From: Octopus sinensis
Taxonomy: Eukaryota
NCBI RefSeq assembly: GCF_006345805.1
Contig: NC_043016.1
Coordinates: 2,728,001 to 2,792,000, forward strand
DNA length: 64,000 bases
Direction: 5' to 3'
The notes beneath the pieces were generated by a model that was not told the origin of the DNA, ran no database searches, and saw only the letters and a program-made list of their open reading frames with translations. Below are positions 12,390 through 25,256 of the stretch, piece by piece. The translations under genes were made by a program, and so were the position numbers. Position 1 is the first letter of the stretch; each line of letters starts with the position of its first letter.

Positions 12390-15300
12390 TCATAGGACTA
12401 TGCTCAAGGTGGCTTCGTCATTCATACGTGCCATTCTTGCTACATTCACCCATCTTTTTTTAAAACATTCGCTAGACAAAACTTGCCTCTCTACTCTCAC
12501 TTTCCTTTTCAAGTGGTACTTGAAGAAGTTGATGAGAGATTGACCAGAGAGGAAAGTGTTTGTCTCCAATCCTTTCAGACGCGTCCACCAGATACATTCT
12601 TTCGCCATAGCCACAAGGATGATGAAAATAGCTCTTCCTTCCCGTTTGAAGGAAGGAGGCGTGACAATATTGACGATAGACTCAGCTGATAAACCGACTC
12701 GTCCCACACGTGACAGCAGTTGTTCGACATAAGCCCACAGGTCGGAAATTGTTGGACACTGAACGAGTGCGTGCAGAACGGTTTCGTCGCTCTGACCGCA
12801 TCTCGGGCAGGTCGGCCCCGTGTTTCTCGAGCCGTGTCTGTAGAGCTTATCCCGAACGGGTAGCGCTTCTCGGTAGCACTGCCAGGCCAGGGATCTCTGG
12901 AAGTTGTCCATGGGCCCTGGCCCGAAAGTCGTCCCGAACAGGCGGGTCAGGTACTCCTCGTCGACGTCCAGGTTCGCCCCGAGCTCGTCGTCGTACCTCC
13001 CCTCCACTAAACCCCTATAGAATGCTTTGGTTGTGTTGAAGTCACTTAAGGTCGACCCAGGACGGCAGAGTTGCTTGAGAGCAACGCGACACTCGCGGTG
13101 CCATTCGCCCTTCCTCGGCCTCTTTTTGATCCACGACTGCAGTTCGGTCATGGAGACGAGCTGCGGGAAAGCGTGCCTCACAAACGGCGACCACACCTGT
13201 TCACCGTCGTCTACATAGAGCCAGAGATGTCGCAGTCTCAGCGCGTGTCTGCGCATCATCAACCACGGCATGCCCAGCCCTCCTTTTAACGGGTGTTGAC
13301 AGCAAATGGATCGCCTGACCATCGGGACGCATCCTTTCCACAAGAAGCGAAAGAGGATGCGTTGTAGTTTGGTGATGGTAGGGTCGGGACAAGGTACGAC
13401 GGTCAGGCGGTAGTAGATGACGGACGCGATGTACGTGTTCGCCACCTCCGCTCGACCTTTTAGGGACAGTTTCCTCTCGGCCCATTGCCGGGCGAGAGTG
13501 ACCACCCTACTCGTTATCTCGTTCCAGTTCTTCTCCACTTGGAGGTCCGGACCGAACCAGACCCCGAGCAACTCAACCGGGCCGTCGGTCCAGCGTCCCA
13601 CGACGGAGGCGCTGGTGGACGGCATGGGCTTGCTTCTCCAGGTGCCTAGTCGCAAGCCCATTTCCCGGTTGATTTTCGCTCCTGTCACCGCTTCGTAGTT
13701 TTTCAGTGTCTCGCCGACCAGCTCGATGTGCTCGTGGCTAGACACTATGACGGTGACGTCGTCCGCGTATGCAGACACGCTCGTCCCGCATCCCAATTCT
13801 CGCGGGATGCCCCTTAGAGTCGCCAGCTTCCGCAGTAGTGGCTCAAGAGTCAATACGTATAGAAGCGCCGAGAGGGGGCATCCCTGACGGACCGAACGTG
13901 CAATGTCGAAAGGTCTCGATAGATGTCCATTTACGCGAATTACCGAACGGATGCCTCTGTACAAGGCAGCTATCCAGCCGCGGAAGGGGACCGAAACCAG
14001 CCGCTCTCAGGACTGCCTCCAAGTATCGATGGTCTACCCTATCAAAGGCTTTTGATTGATCCAAGTTGATCAGGGCCCCACCCATGCCAGGTTCGTTAAC
14101 TACCCTGTCTATGATGTAGCGCATCAGATGGAGGTTGTCATGGATGGTCCGGCCTGGCACGGCGCATGTTTGCGCCTTGTCGACCAGTTTCTCGATGACA
14201 AGCGCCAACCTCTTGGCTAGCACCTTGGCCAAAATTTTCAAGTCTGCATTAAGCAGAGTGATGGGCCTAAAGTTATCTATTACATTTCCCTTGTTTAGAT
14301 CTTTCTTCAGCAGTGTTACGGCTCCTCGGCTCACAAAACCAGGAATGCTCCCGTTTTGCTGCCAGTTGCAGTACACCGCCGCCAAGAGATCTCAAACAAG
14401 TCTGGCATACAATTGTAAAGCTCGTAGGGTAGACCATCCAAACCGGTGATTTGTCCCTCGAGCATTCTGCCATCGCTTCCCGCACTTCCGCCGCCGTGAT
14501 GGCACCTTCGCAGCACCCTGCCTTTCTTGTCGAGAGTCGTGGTAGGCTATGTAGGTAGGCACTGAAGTCCACCCTACGTTCTTGCCCTCCACTCGTTCCG
14601 AACAGTCGGGCAAAATGCTGCTGAAAGGCCTCACACATTTTACTTGGCTCGAGCAATTCGCGCCCCTGTTCATCTACCAGTGACCGAATGGTGGCTTTGT
14701 TGCCCTGTTGCGCCTCTGCCACCCGGGCCTCTCTCGCGGCTCCAACACCTTCGTCCTTAGAGCACGCATCCTAGCTCTGACAGCACATCCTTCGTGTTTG
14801 GCGTTGAAGTGTTGGTCGAGGGCCAACCTCGCCGCCCAAACGTCGGATGCGATGCCGCTTCTAATTGCCTCTTCTAGCTTCTTAACTAGCTCACCCTCTA
14901 CTCTATTTCTATCTATGGCTAGTGCTTTGCTGTACCTAATCGCTTCTGCTTTTACTGCTCTCTTGAGGGCAAACCACCATTTGTTGTTGATGATGGCTCC
15001 CGTCAAAGCCCTCTTTACTAGTGTGCTAATCCGGTTTCTGAAAACTTGTCTCGATGGGAAAGACGCGTTTAGTTTCCAGTATCCGGGACCCTGCCTAAGT
15101 GTCTTACCTAAGTCTAGCGTACATGTCACAAGTTTGTGATCCGTGTAGCTGACTATGTGGAATTGTGGACATCCTATGCTATCTCTATCTACTGTCCTAC
15201 ACAGTATCCTATCTAGATACGATCTCGACGACCCGATGCGGTTGCTCCATGTCCACGTTGGCGCATTCGGGTGGTCTAGTCGAAACCTGTCAGACAGTTG

Positions 15301-15814
15301 AAAGCGTCTGAGCAGGTCTCTGAGGCATTTGCATCCCCGTCTATTCCTATCTCTACCCACGTAGTCTACATGCGTGTCCAAGGTAGCATTCCAATCCCCC
15401 ACTAAGAGTAAAGGACGAGACGTTCCCAAGAAAACTTCTAGACGTTGAAAGAAATCCGCCCGACCTGTTAAGGGCGGTGCGTAAACTGATACGAGCCGAA
15501 AAGCGCACCCATTGCTGCCGTCGACATCCAGGACGACCAGTCTACCCTCCGGGTCTACGAATATTGTCCTTACATTGAGATCCAGACTCTTGTGAAAAAG
15601 TACCGCGGTGCCACTACCGCCCATTCTCGGCAGACAGGGGGAAAAATAAATGTTGAACTGTCCGCCAAACATGGTCTTTAGGGCCCGCGGATTGTGGAGT
15701 CTGGTCTCGCTTATGGCTATGATTTTAACTTATGTGACTTTATGTCATTTAAGAGGTACCCTTGTTTCCAAGGGGACCCCAGCCACGCGCATTTACACAA
15801 CCAATCTTGATCAT
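12390..15814 (-). CDS. Tx1 ORF2 (APE, RT, zinc finger), copy 2, split by a few frameshifts
   Basis: Track ORFs 14674-15672 (APE: LVGDWNATLD, SYLDRILC) and 12390-13964 (RT: RQGCPLSALLY, YADD; zinc finger CPRCGQSDETVLHALVQC). Confidence 0.92.
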
Positions 15815-15845
15815 AGTTCTAATGAATTAGAATACAGAGGGTTAC

Positions 15846-17858
15846 TTACTGCTCGAAAGTTTTTGCTTTCTCCTCCGTTGGTTTGTCCTCGAGAAGATCC
15901 CAGTACAGTTTCTTTGTGAGATATTTTTGGCATTTACCAACCGCACTGGGGAAAATGCCTTTGAGTGTGTGGTGCAGACTTTTGGAGATGTGTATTATTT
16001 TGATGTGGTCTGGTGGTGTTGTGTATGGGTGGTTGTTTGTTTTTATGTCATCTTCTGTTATGTTTGTTTTTGATTGGATGTATTCCATCAAATTTGTGTT
16101 TTTGGTGTCTATGGCTGTGAGCATGTTTGCTGTATATGTTTTGTGGTGTTGGTGTGGCTGTTGTTTGCGTTGGTTTTGAAATGTCTTCGGGAGATGTATT
16201 CCCCCTGCTTTGTTCGTGTTTGCATTTGGTTTGGTTGTGTTTCTGCTCTTTATTTTCCTTCTTTTTGTAGCTATTTGCCATTCCTCACTGGTTTCGTCTT
16301 CCGACGAAATTTCTGAGGAATCAGAAGGGGGTAGGGGTATGTTGTGGGCTTCTATGTATGTCTGTGTAAGTGGTTGTGTTGTTGTTTTCGTTGTTGTTGG
16401 TTGTTGAGTGTTTGTGTGTGTTGAGTGCGGTATAAGGATGGGGGATCAGTTTGTGTGTGTTTTCTTTGTTTTCTGTTCCTTTGGGTTTTGCTGTTGATGG
16501 TAGTGTTGGTATTTTTCCAGGTGTCGAGTGGTTTGTGGTTGATGACGGATTAGCTTGGTGTGCTTCTCTTGTCGTCTTCTGTGTTGATGTGGTGTGGGTA
16601 GTAGTAGAGCTTTTTTTCCGGAGTGCTTTGGTTGTGTAGTGGTGGTGGTTGTTGTTGTTTGCTCTTGGTGTGCAGTGGTTGGGCACGTCTTTTTCAAGTG
16701 TGTTTCGCTTCCACACAAATAGCAGCGTGGTCGCCTGCCCTCTACCACTATATAGAGTTTGTAGCCTCCTGGCAGTTCTATAGCGGTGGGTATCTTCTCT
16801 CTTGCTGCTTCATCCAATTGAAGCAGGAATTCGATTGATTTGCCCACATAGCCTTCTCTCCTAGAACCGCGATTTCCAGGATGTTTGTCTCTGACATTGT
16901 CTCTGACATTTCAAAGCAGATGGCAGAGACCACCCATTGTGTTTCGACATCAAATGGTATGTTTTTTATTTGGACTTTCGTGACCCTTTTGTTTAAATAG
17001 ACTGGTATCATTACCAAGTCGTCCGAATGTAGCTCCAATGTGGAAAAACGTTTTGCTAAACTTTCGTTGAGGAAACGTACTTGGACTGTACCAAATTTGT
17101 TTCCCCAACTGATATATTCCTTGGAGTCCCATACAGGACGAAGGCATTTATCGATTTTTCCTGCGGTGCTTTTCTGTTCTTCTTGTTTTTTTGTTTATTA
17201 CTTTATAAATTATTTTTTTTTTGCGTGTTTTCCACGATGTGTTGTGGAATATGAAGGTGCAATTTGTCTCCTTCTTTGGAGAAGAGTGCCTTTGTGCGGT
17301 TTATCTCTTGTGTGGTGAATGTTACAATTGTTCTTTTTTGTTTGTTACGTCCGCAAAATTCGTTTTGAATTTGGCAGAAGAAGTGTTAATTGTGGCAGTG
17401 TTAATTGAAGTCATGGTAGTGGTGTTGGTGTTGGCGGTATTAGCAGCAGAAGGCTTGGGATGTAGCATTTGACGTCGTAGTAGTGGTGTTGGTGTTGGTG
17501 GTGGTGGCGGTTTGTGTCTTTGGTAGGCGGCTTTGTGCCAATTTCGTTGTTGTTGTTGTTGGTGGTGATGGTGGTGGTGCTGGCATTCATGTTTTCGTTG
17601 TATTCATTTTTGAAATCCCTTTCTCTGTCCCTTTATCATCAACAAGTGGTGGGTGGGGAGTGAGGGGAAATCTAAGTTAATGTCTTTGGTCGCGGCGATG
17701 GTGAATGCGACGTTAGATTTGTTGTTGTTGTTGTTGGTGGTGGTGATGGTGGTGACAGCGGTGTTCATGCTGCGATGTTTAGTAGCTAGTGGTAGCAATA
17801 GTGTTTTGCTACCGTTCTGCATGACTGGCGGGCTAGCCACGTGGTTTCTAGTTGCCAT
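15846..17858 (-). CDS. Tx1 ORF1 (Gag-like, CCHC knuckle), copy 2, frameshifted as assembled
   Basis: Same protein as copy 1 ORF1; knuckle lies in track ORF 16446-16847. Confidence 0.8.
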
Positions 17859-18082
17859 TTTCAAAATGAAAAATGGCTAAAAAACCCACGAAAGTTTTGA
17901 AAGTTTTTTTGTAATTTCGCCCATACAGGGGCGGAATTCTACGTGAATAATTCTCAGGTTTTTTAGTGAATGAATTTGCACAACGATTAAAACAAAATTT
18001 GACAACAAGGAGTTTTAAACATGTAAAGTGGCCAACTTACTTGGAGCCGATATGACTAGCGTCCGTCCATTGTGATAGAGAT

Positions 18083-18114
<32 letters not shown>

Positions 18115-18115
18115 G

Positions 18116-18172
<57 letters not shown>

Positions 18173-18493
18173 GGATAGATAGATGGATGGATAGATACAT
18201 AGGCAGAAATACAGTGAAAGCCGGAGAGAGAGAGAGAGAGAGAAAGAGAAAGGGAGAGAAGGGGAGAGGGGGAGAGAGAGGGGGAGAGAGGTGGAGAGAG
18301 GTGGAGAGAAAGAGGGATGGTGAAAGGATGGAAAAAAATCATGATAGATGTAGACTGGAAAGTGCATTTTTAAGGCACAGAGGGAGATTTGATGCATTGA
18401 GAGACTGAAATACATGAAGTGAGTTAGGTGTATTCATGCATATATGTATACATAGATATACATACGGACACACGCGGGGATATGCATACATGC

Positions 18494-18535
<42 letters not shown>

Positions 18536-18572
18536 ATATATATACATATATATATATATTTATAATATGTAT

Positions 18573-18626
<54 letters not shown>

Positions 18627-18630
18627 TATA

Positions 18631-18667
<37 letters not shown>

Positions 18668-19239
18668 TATATATATATGTATATATATAAGTATATATAT
18701 ATATATATATGTATATGTGTGTGGTGAGTGTGTATATGTGTGTGTGTACGTGTGTGTAAACATGCTGACTCATACTGATAGTACAAGATTAGACATTTAT
18801 ACTCTAACGTTAGAAACTGCTTTGTACATACAGGTACACCATCAATTTTCCGGCACTTTTGGTTCTAGACTTGTACCGGATTAACTGTTTTGCAGGATTA
18901 ACGGAAGGTCCGTAATAATAATTCAGAGTAAATTCTTAGAAGACTGATGTCACGCTATTTATAACTTTGTTGTTACTAAACCTTCACAGCATAAATTTTG
19001 TATTCTATAGATGGAAATATTTTCCAAATCAACATAATAAAAACCCTTTCTACCCTTTCTCTAGACATAAGGCATGGAAGTTCCGGGGTATGGTCTAATC
19101 GATTACATCCATCCCAGTAACCAAATGGCACTTATATCATCGATCCTGCAGTTCAATTCTTAGCGTAAATACGACGAAATGCCGCTACGAGTTTACCCCA
19201 GCGGACCAACGATTTTCACAGCTTGCCGAATTAATTATA

Positions 19240-19400
19240 ATGATTTCAAATTTTGGCACAAGGCCAGCAATTTCTAGGGCGTGGGTAAGTTGATTACATC
19301 TCCCCCAGTGTTCAACCGGCACTTATCTTACCAACTCCGCAAGCATGAAAAGCAATGCCGACTTACCTAGGTGGAATTTAAAATCAAGACTTCGAAAAGG
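19240..19400 (-). mobile_element. Degenerate SINE (same head/body family as 20023-20289, alternative tail)
   Basis: Carries the tail TTTCAAATTTTGGCACAAGGCCAGCAATT, also seen at ~37750 and ~55190. Confidence 0.6.
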
Positions 19401-19955
19401 GCGAAATGCCATTAAGAGAAACAAATAGAAGAGTTAAATTAAATTTTTATCACCTGCATCTTTTGACAGGTACACTTCGAATTTTCCTGACACTAGTGGT
19501 CCGGAGCCTCTTACTATCCGCCCTTATTCACGGGCAGGAACTTCAACTTTAGTGGACACCACACTAGTTTACTGGACAGCATTGTTTCACAGTTCCTTGC
19601 ACAGTAGAGTGTTATTAATAAAATTGTATCGTTATACTAATTTAAAGGTATCTGTATTTCATTTAATTATTTAGGCAACTCTTTGGACGAATCGTAATCC
19701 AGAAAATCGATCCTGTATCTCTATTATTTTAGTTAGGGATAAGGAAAAAGTTTCCGCCTTCATGATATGTTACTAATGAATAAAAAAAAAGCCAGTTAAT
19801 TGTGTAGTATTGGTAGTAAAAAATTAACGATGATTCCGGTAAATTTAAGTTTTTTCACATAATGATGCTCAATTAAAAAAAGAGGAAAAGGCAGTAAACG
19901 AAGTAATGTACCGGCTGATCGCGTAATCGGTAGTATACTTATAGATAGTTGCATA

Positions 19956-19991
<36 letters not shown>

Positions 19992-20022
19992 TACACACAC
20001 ATACAGATATAGGTGCAGATAA

Positions 20023-20289
20023 AGGCGACGAGCTGGCAGACACGTTAGCACGCCGGGCGAAATGCTTAGCGGTATTTCGTTTGCCGTTACGTTCTGAGTT
20101 CAGATTCCGCCGAGGTCGACTTTGCCTTTCATCCTTTCGGGGTCGATTAAATAAGTACCAGTTACGCAGTGGGGTCGATGTAATCCCTTTGTCTGTCCTT
20201 GTTTGTTACGCAGTGGGGTCGACTTAATCCCTTTGTCTGTCCTTGTTTGTCCCCTCTCTGTTTAGCCCCTTGTGGGCAGTAAAGAAATA
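20023..20289 (+). mobile_element. Full-length SINE with 18-bp TSD and internal duplication
   Basis: TSD AGATATAGGTGCAGATAA at 20005-20022 and 20290-20307. Head GGCGACGAGCTGGCAGACACGTTAGCACGCCGGGCG; B-box-like GAGTTCAGATTCC; tail AGCCCCTTGTGGGCAGTAAAGAAATA. Confidence 0.88.
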
Positions 20290-21439
20290 AGATATAGGTG
20301 CAGATAACAGATCATTGGACATTCAGATTGATTAGGATTGTGTTCGTAGTGTCGGATTCAAAATGTGGAAGTCGAAGTCTTCAAGAAATAAATGCTCTTG
20401 GAAGGAATTCCAGTGGACTAACACTCTGTACGAAGATAGAATCGAGAAAGTGGTTAATGCAGAAATGTAAAATATTATGGCTGACAAGAGAAATTGAAGT
20501 TTGTGGTAAGCGTGGATAGAGACCATATATATACATTATGATGGTTGAAACATGTTTCTAGTACATCATCTGTAATACTATAAAAGAGCAAATATTAAAA
20601 CAGATTCCTTGTAGATAATACGCAACGAAAAATGTACTAGCGGTTACTAGAGAAGGAAAGATACTCAAATCATTGGAAAAGAAGTTTATTAAAGCTGCTT
20701 CCATCATTTTTAAGATCACCAATGGAGTTCCATCAATTACCACCCGTTAGGTTTTCGATTGCACTTTATCTTAAAGCGATGCTCCTTTTGAAGAGATAGG
20801 GTGCGATTTGATGCAAATTTAGCTGGTATTAATTGCATGTCAAGGAACTATACGGAGAGGCAATTTGTGATCGCTTAGTTGTGTTTGTGTAAGAATGTAA
20901 AGTGAAAGGTGTGGAGGAATTTTGTCGAATTCTCTATTATGGAGGTGAAAGCAAAGCAAACAGTAAATGCGAGGAACAAAATGCCAAAAGTGACGGCTGT
21001 ACTTCAATGCATGTAATTTTCCTTTATGATTTAAAACATCATAAAATTTATCCTTTTATTATTTAGAATATCATAAATGGTATTCAAATTGGAAATGTTA
21101 ATTTTAAATTCAAAACAAAGTCATATTAGTGAAGGATTTTTACATTTTTTTATTCTTGGGAAATTGTCAGTTAAACACAGGCACCATATGTTTGGTCTTT
21201 ACCTCAACTTTATTATTATTATATTTGTTTCTTTATCAAAGCTCTTTGGACACACATCCTGAGACCTCTTCAACGACTCTTTATCCCAGAGGTCACAGGA
21301 TGCGTAATGTAAAGATCTTTGACAAAGAAATAAAAAAATAATAAATCTGAAGTGAAGACCAAATATACAGCGCAAGTGCTTAATTGGCACACGCGCGCGC
21401 GCACACACAGACAGACAGACACACCAACTTATACACATA

Positions 21440-21711
21440 TGCTATAGGTTTATTTGGTTTGCAAGATTCTTGATGTGAAACTCTGTATTGAAAGAATTAT
21501 TCTTATACTTGGGGATAGCTATGTCTAACCAATTAAATGCACGCACAATATATTTGGTCTTCTGTTCAGCTTTTTGTTTCTTCGTCATACATCCTACGAC
21601 GACGTCTTCAGCGACTCTCTATCACATGTGCTTCTTCTTAACGCGTTTAGTCCATTTTTGTCTTTCTGTGTTATGTATGCTTATTTGCGCATGCATTTGC
21701 GTTTATATCTG

Positions 21712-21757
<46 letters not shown>

Positions 21758-22200
21758 CGTGCGTGTATGGCCTGGATCGACTACCGAAAGGCGTCTGATA
21801 ACATTCCCCCCGCGTGGATCCTCGAAACACCAGCCATTTACAAGGTAGCACCAACAATTATGAAATACATAAGACACTCTATAAATAAATGGCAGACAGT
21901 GCTACAGCTCCAAACAAAAGAGGAACTTGTGAAAACCAAAGCCATCTCCATTAGAAGAGGAATATTCCAGGGAGACACGCTCTCTCCACTCCTTTTCTGC
22001 TTGGCACTGACACCTCTATCTGATATGCTAAAAAGAACTGGATGCGCGCACGTGTATGTGTGTGTGTGCAGATGTCTATGTCCTTGGTATGTGTGTACTG
22101 CGTGCTGGTATGAGTTTGCTTACTGCATTGTTTGTACGCTTGTCTTTTACTCAATTATTTTATTATTTCATTTATTTACTTATTTATTTGTTCCTCGTTC
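21440..22200. mobile_element. Penelope-associated terminal-repeat-like sequence interrupted by an R4/Dong RT fragment (21765-22045, +)
   Basis: Insert translates AWIDYRKASDNIP..IRRGIFQGDTLSPLLFCLALTPLSDML. The flanks are an inverted homolog of 26975-27350. Confidence 0.65.
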
Positions 22201-22636
22201 CTTCTCTAGTGTGTATATGTGTGCCTTTTGTGTGTGCAAATAGCTTTATGTGTTATACTGTCTGTATCTGTCTCTTTCCTCCTCTCATTTTACTTTTAGT
22301 CGTTAGGAATAGCAACAGCGACAACAGCAGCAGCTTCAGCAGCAGCCGCAGAAATAGTAAACAGAAGAGGAAGGAGAAGGAGAAGAAGAAGAAGGAGGAG
22401 GAGGAGGAGGAAAAGAATAATAATAATAATAATAATAAGAAGAAGAAGAAGAAGAAAAAGAAGAAAAAGATGAAAAAGAAGAAGAAGAAGAAGAAGAAGA
22501 AGAAAAAGAAGAAATGTGCATGAAAAGAAATCAGCAGAACGAAGATGAGCAACAACACAACCACTAGCTGGAATAGCATCAAGAACAACAAGAATCTCGG
22601 TAAAAACATCCACACAATTAAGATGGTGGTAATAGC

Positions 22637-22694
<58 letters not shown>

Positions 22695-22829
22695 GTAATT
22701 GTAATAATAAAAATAAAAATAACAACAATAAAAATAATAATAATAAAAAGCAACAACAACAACAACAACAATATTAATGTATTCAAAAGCCGCCAACAAA
22801 AGTCAGCCAGTCAAAAGTCAAAAAGTCGA

Positions 22830-24345
22830 AATTAAATAATAACATTGAAGCTATCATAACCTGGGCGGTTTCACTCCTTAGATATGGAGCAGGGGCAATC
22901 GCATGGACAGAAGACGAACTAAGCAGGTTAGACAGAAAGACAAGGAAGTTGCTAACTAGATATGGAATACTCCATCCAAAAGGTGGCACAGATAGACTTT
23001 ATGAACCAAGAAAAAGAGGGGGAAGTGGGCTCATTGGATGCGAACACAGCATTCGAGCAGAAGAAAACAAAATAGCATAGTATGTAAAAAAAAATACCTC
23101 AGAACCGCTATTATTGGAAGGTCAGGTTTTTGTAAGCTGGAAGATTGCAAAGATAAAGCACTGTAGAAACTCTTGAGAATGAATGAACCTGAAAATATGT
23201 GGATAAAGAAAAGAATGCATGGATAATTTCATAGGGATGTTGAAGTTTAGACAGAAAGACAAGGAAGTTGCTAATTAGATATGGAACATACCATCCATAA
23301 AGTGACACAGACAGGCTGTATGTACCAAGAAGAAGAGGGTGAAGAGAATGTGAACACAGCATTAGTGCAGAAGAAAACAACATAGCATGTTATGTAAAAT
23401 TGCCACAGAACTGCTATTACTAGAAGTTCAGGCTTGTGTAGGATGAAATATTGGAAGGATAAAGCAATATACAAGAAATTGAAAACGAATGAAACTAAAA
23501 ATAGGTGGATAAAGAAAAGAATGCATGGACAATTTCATAGGGATGTCGAAGATAAGACAGACAGAGAAAAAATATGACTGTGGATGACTAAAAGTGATTT
23601 AAAACCGGAAACGGAGGCTCTAATCTGTGCTGCCCAAGAACAAGCACTAAGAACAAACTACATTAAATGCAGAAAAGACAAAATATCAGAAAGATATAAG
23701 TACAGAATCTGAACAAAACGGTGAAACCGTATGGCATATTACCAGCCAATGTACGCCACTAGCCGAGAAAGAATATAGGAGTCGCCTCGACAATATAGCC
23801 AGGATTGTCCATTGGACACTTTGCAACAAGTATGGACTTGACGGAGCAAAAATCGGTACGACCACAGACCTGAAAACATCGACGAAAATAGAAATGCAAA
23901 GATCCTATGGGATTTTATGATTCAGTGCGACCATGAGATAGAGAATAGGAAGCCAGACATAGTCTTAATTGAGAAACAAAACAAACTATGCTGAATCATA
24001 GATATAGCATACCCAGCTGACAACAAGGTATGCGATAAGGAAGAAAGAAAAGTGAATAGATATGACAGGTTAGCTTGGGAAATTCAGCAGTTGTGGTCGA
24101 TGAAACAGGAGGTGGTAGTGATACCAATAATTGTCGGAGCCCTGGGAACATTGAGCAAAAATCTCGAGAAGTACGTGGAACAAATAGGGGCTGCAATAAG
24201 GGTGGAGCACTTACAGAAAACAGTACTGCTTGGGACCGATCGAATACTCCGGAAGATACTCGGAAAATAACAGGTGTTACCTTAGTTCACTGGTAGGGAA
24301 CAGCTAACACTGTAGTACATATCCAGCGTTAGAAGCTGAGCAAAG
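22830..24345 (+). mobile_element. 5'-truncated R4/Dong-type RLE retrotransposon (family A) in (TAA)n, with an internal ~300-bp diverged duplication
   Basis: TWAVSLLRYG, RLDRKTRKLL, ETEALICAAQEQALRT, knuckle remnant ETVWHITSQC, endonuclease RKPDIV..IIDIAYP..RYDRLAWEI; degenerate; flanked by (AAT)n. Confidence 0.88.
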
Positions 24346-24366
24346 ACAATTAAAAAAAAAATAGTA

Positions 24367-24415
<49 letters not shown>

Positions 24416-24425
24416 TAATAATAAC

Positions 24426-24488
<63 letters not shown>

Positions 24489-24500
24489 TAATAATAATAA

Positions 24501-25055
24501 TGCCCTGATGCAGTACCAGGCAGTGGCTCTCATGGCTTCTGATCTTAACTGATTGGAAGTGTTATCATGTACATTGTTTTGTCTTGGTATAAAAGATGGG
24601 CTACAGCAAATATTCTGCTCAATACCACAGATTTGCTTGTCAGTTGTTTGACCTTAACCAGTTGAGCATGTCCCTTAGTGGCTGACCATATGTGCATCTC
24701 TGATCACGAGTAGAAGTAGTGGGGGAGCATCATAGCCATGTGTTGAGAAGGATTCTTTGGGGTTTGAATAATTCACCTCTGGAAACATGGGTGTTTCGTT
24801 CAACGTCCTTAAACAACCCTTATTCAGGGACCTTTTGAGCGGGATGGGTTACTCGATCTGAAGAAAATTCTAACTGGGCCCCACCTGCAAGGTCATGTGT
24901 TGTTTATCTTGATATGAGATCACCATGTCGCGCACATATGGTTGTGATGCATGTGCCTGGTGTACCTTTATCAGACGGGTAGTCATGATGGGTATACTGG
25001 GCTTCGTATATTTTGCCCCAGTGTCACTTTGATGGCATGCTCTGCTCGCTCACTC
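24501..25055. mobile_element. ~555-bp noncoding interspersed element flanked by (AAT)n, copy 1
   Basis: TGCCCTGATGCAGTACCAGGCAGTGG...GCTCACTC; inverted homolog at 57939-58492. Confidence 0.8.
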
Positions 25056-25189
25056 AATAATAATAATAATAATAACAATAATAATAACAATAATAATAAT
25101 AATAAAAAAGATGATGATGATGGTGATCTAGGTAATAATAATAGTAGTAGTAGTAGTAGTAGTAGTAGTAATGATAATAATAATAATAA

Positions 25190-25256
<67 letters not shown>

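Larger units (their letters stand above)
11999..18074 (-). mobile_element. Full-length Tx1/L1-type retrotransposon, copy 2, head-to-tail with copy 1
   Basis: Same termini as copy 1 and near-identical sequence; separated from it by ~45 bp of GATA repeat (11952-11998); followed by (GATA)n from 18075. Confidence 0.92.

Noticed and set aside
6370-17880. Plus-strand ORFs overlapping the Tx1 copies
   Set aside because: Antisense shadows of GC-rich ORF2 and low-complexity ORF1; no recognisable domains, and frames differ between copies.
18830-19960. CAGGTACAC-starting segments resembling pogo/Tigger ends
   Set aside because: No matching inverted end or TSD could be established.
21590-21640. CTGAAGA...GAAAC on the minus strand as a second hammerhead
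   Set aside because: Helix II does not abut GAAA and helix I could not be formed; at best a decayed relic.
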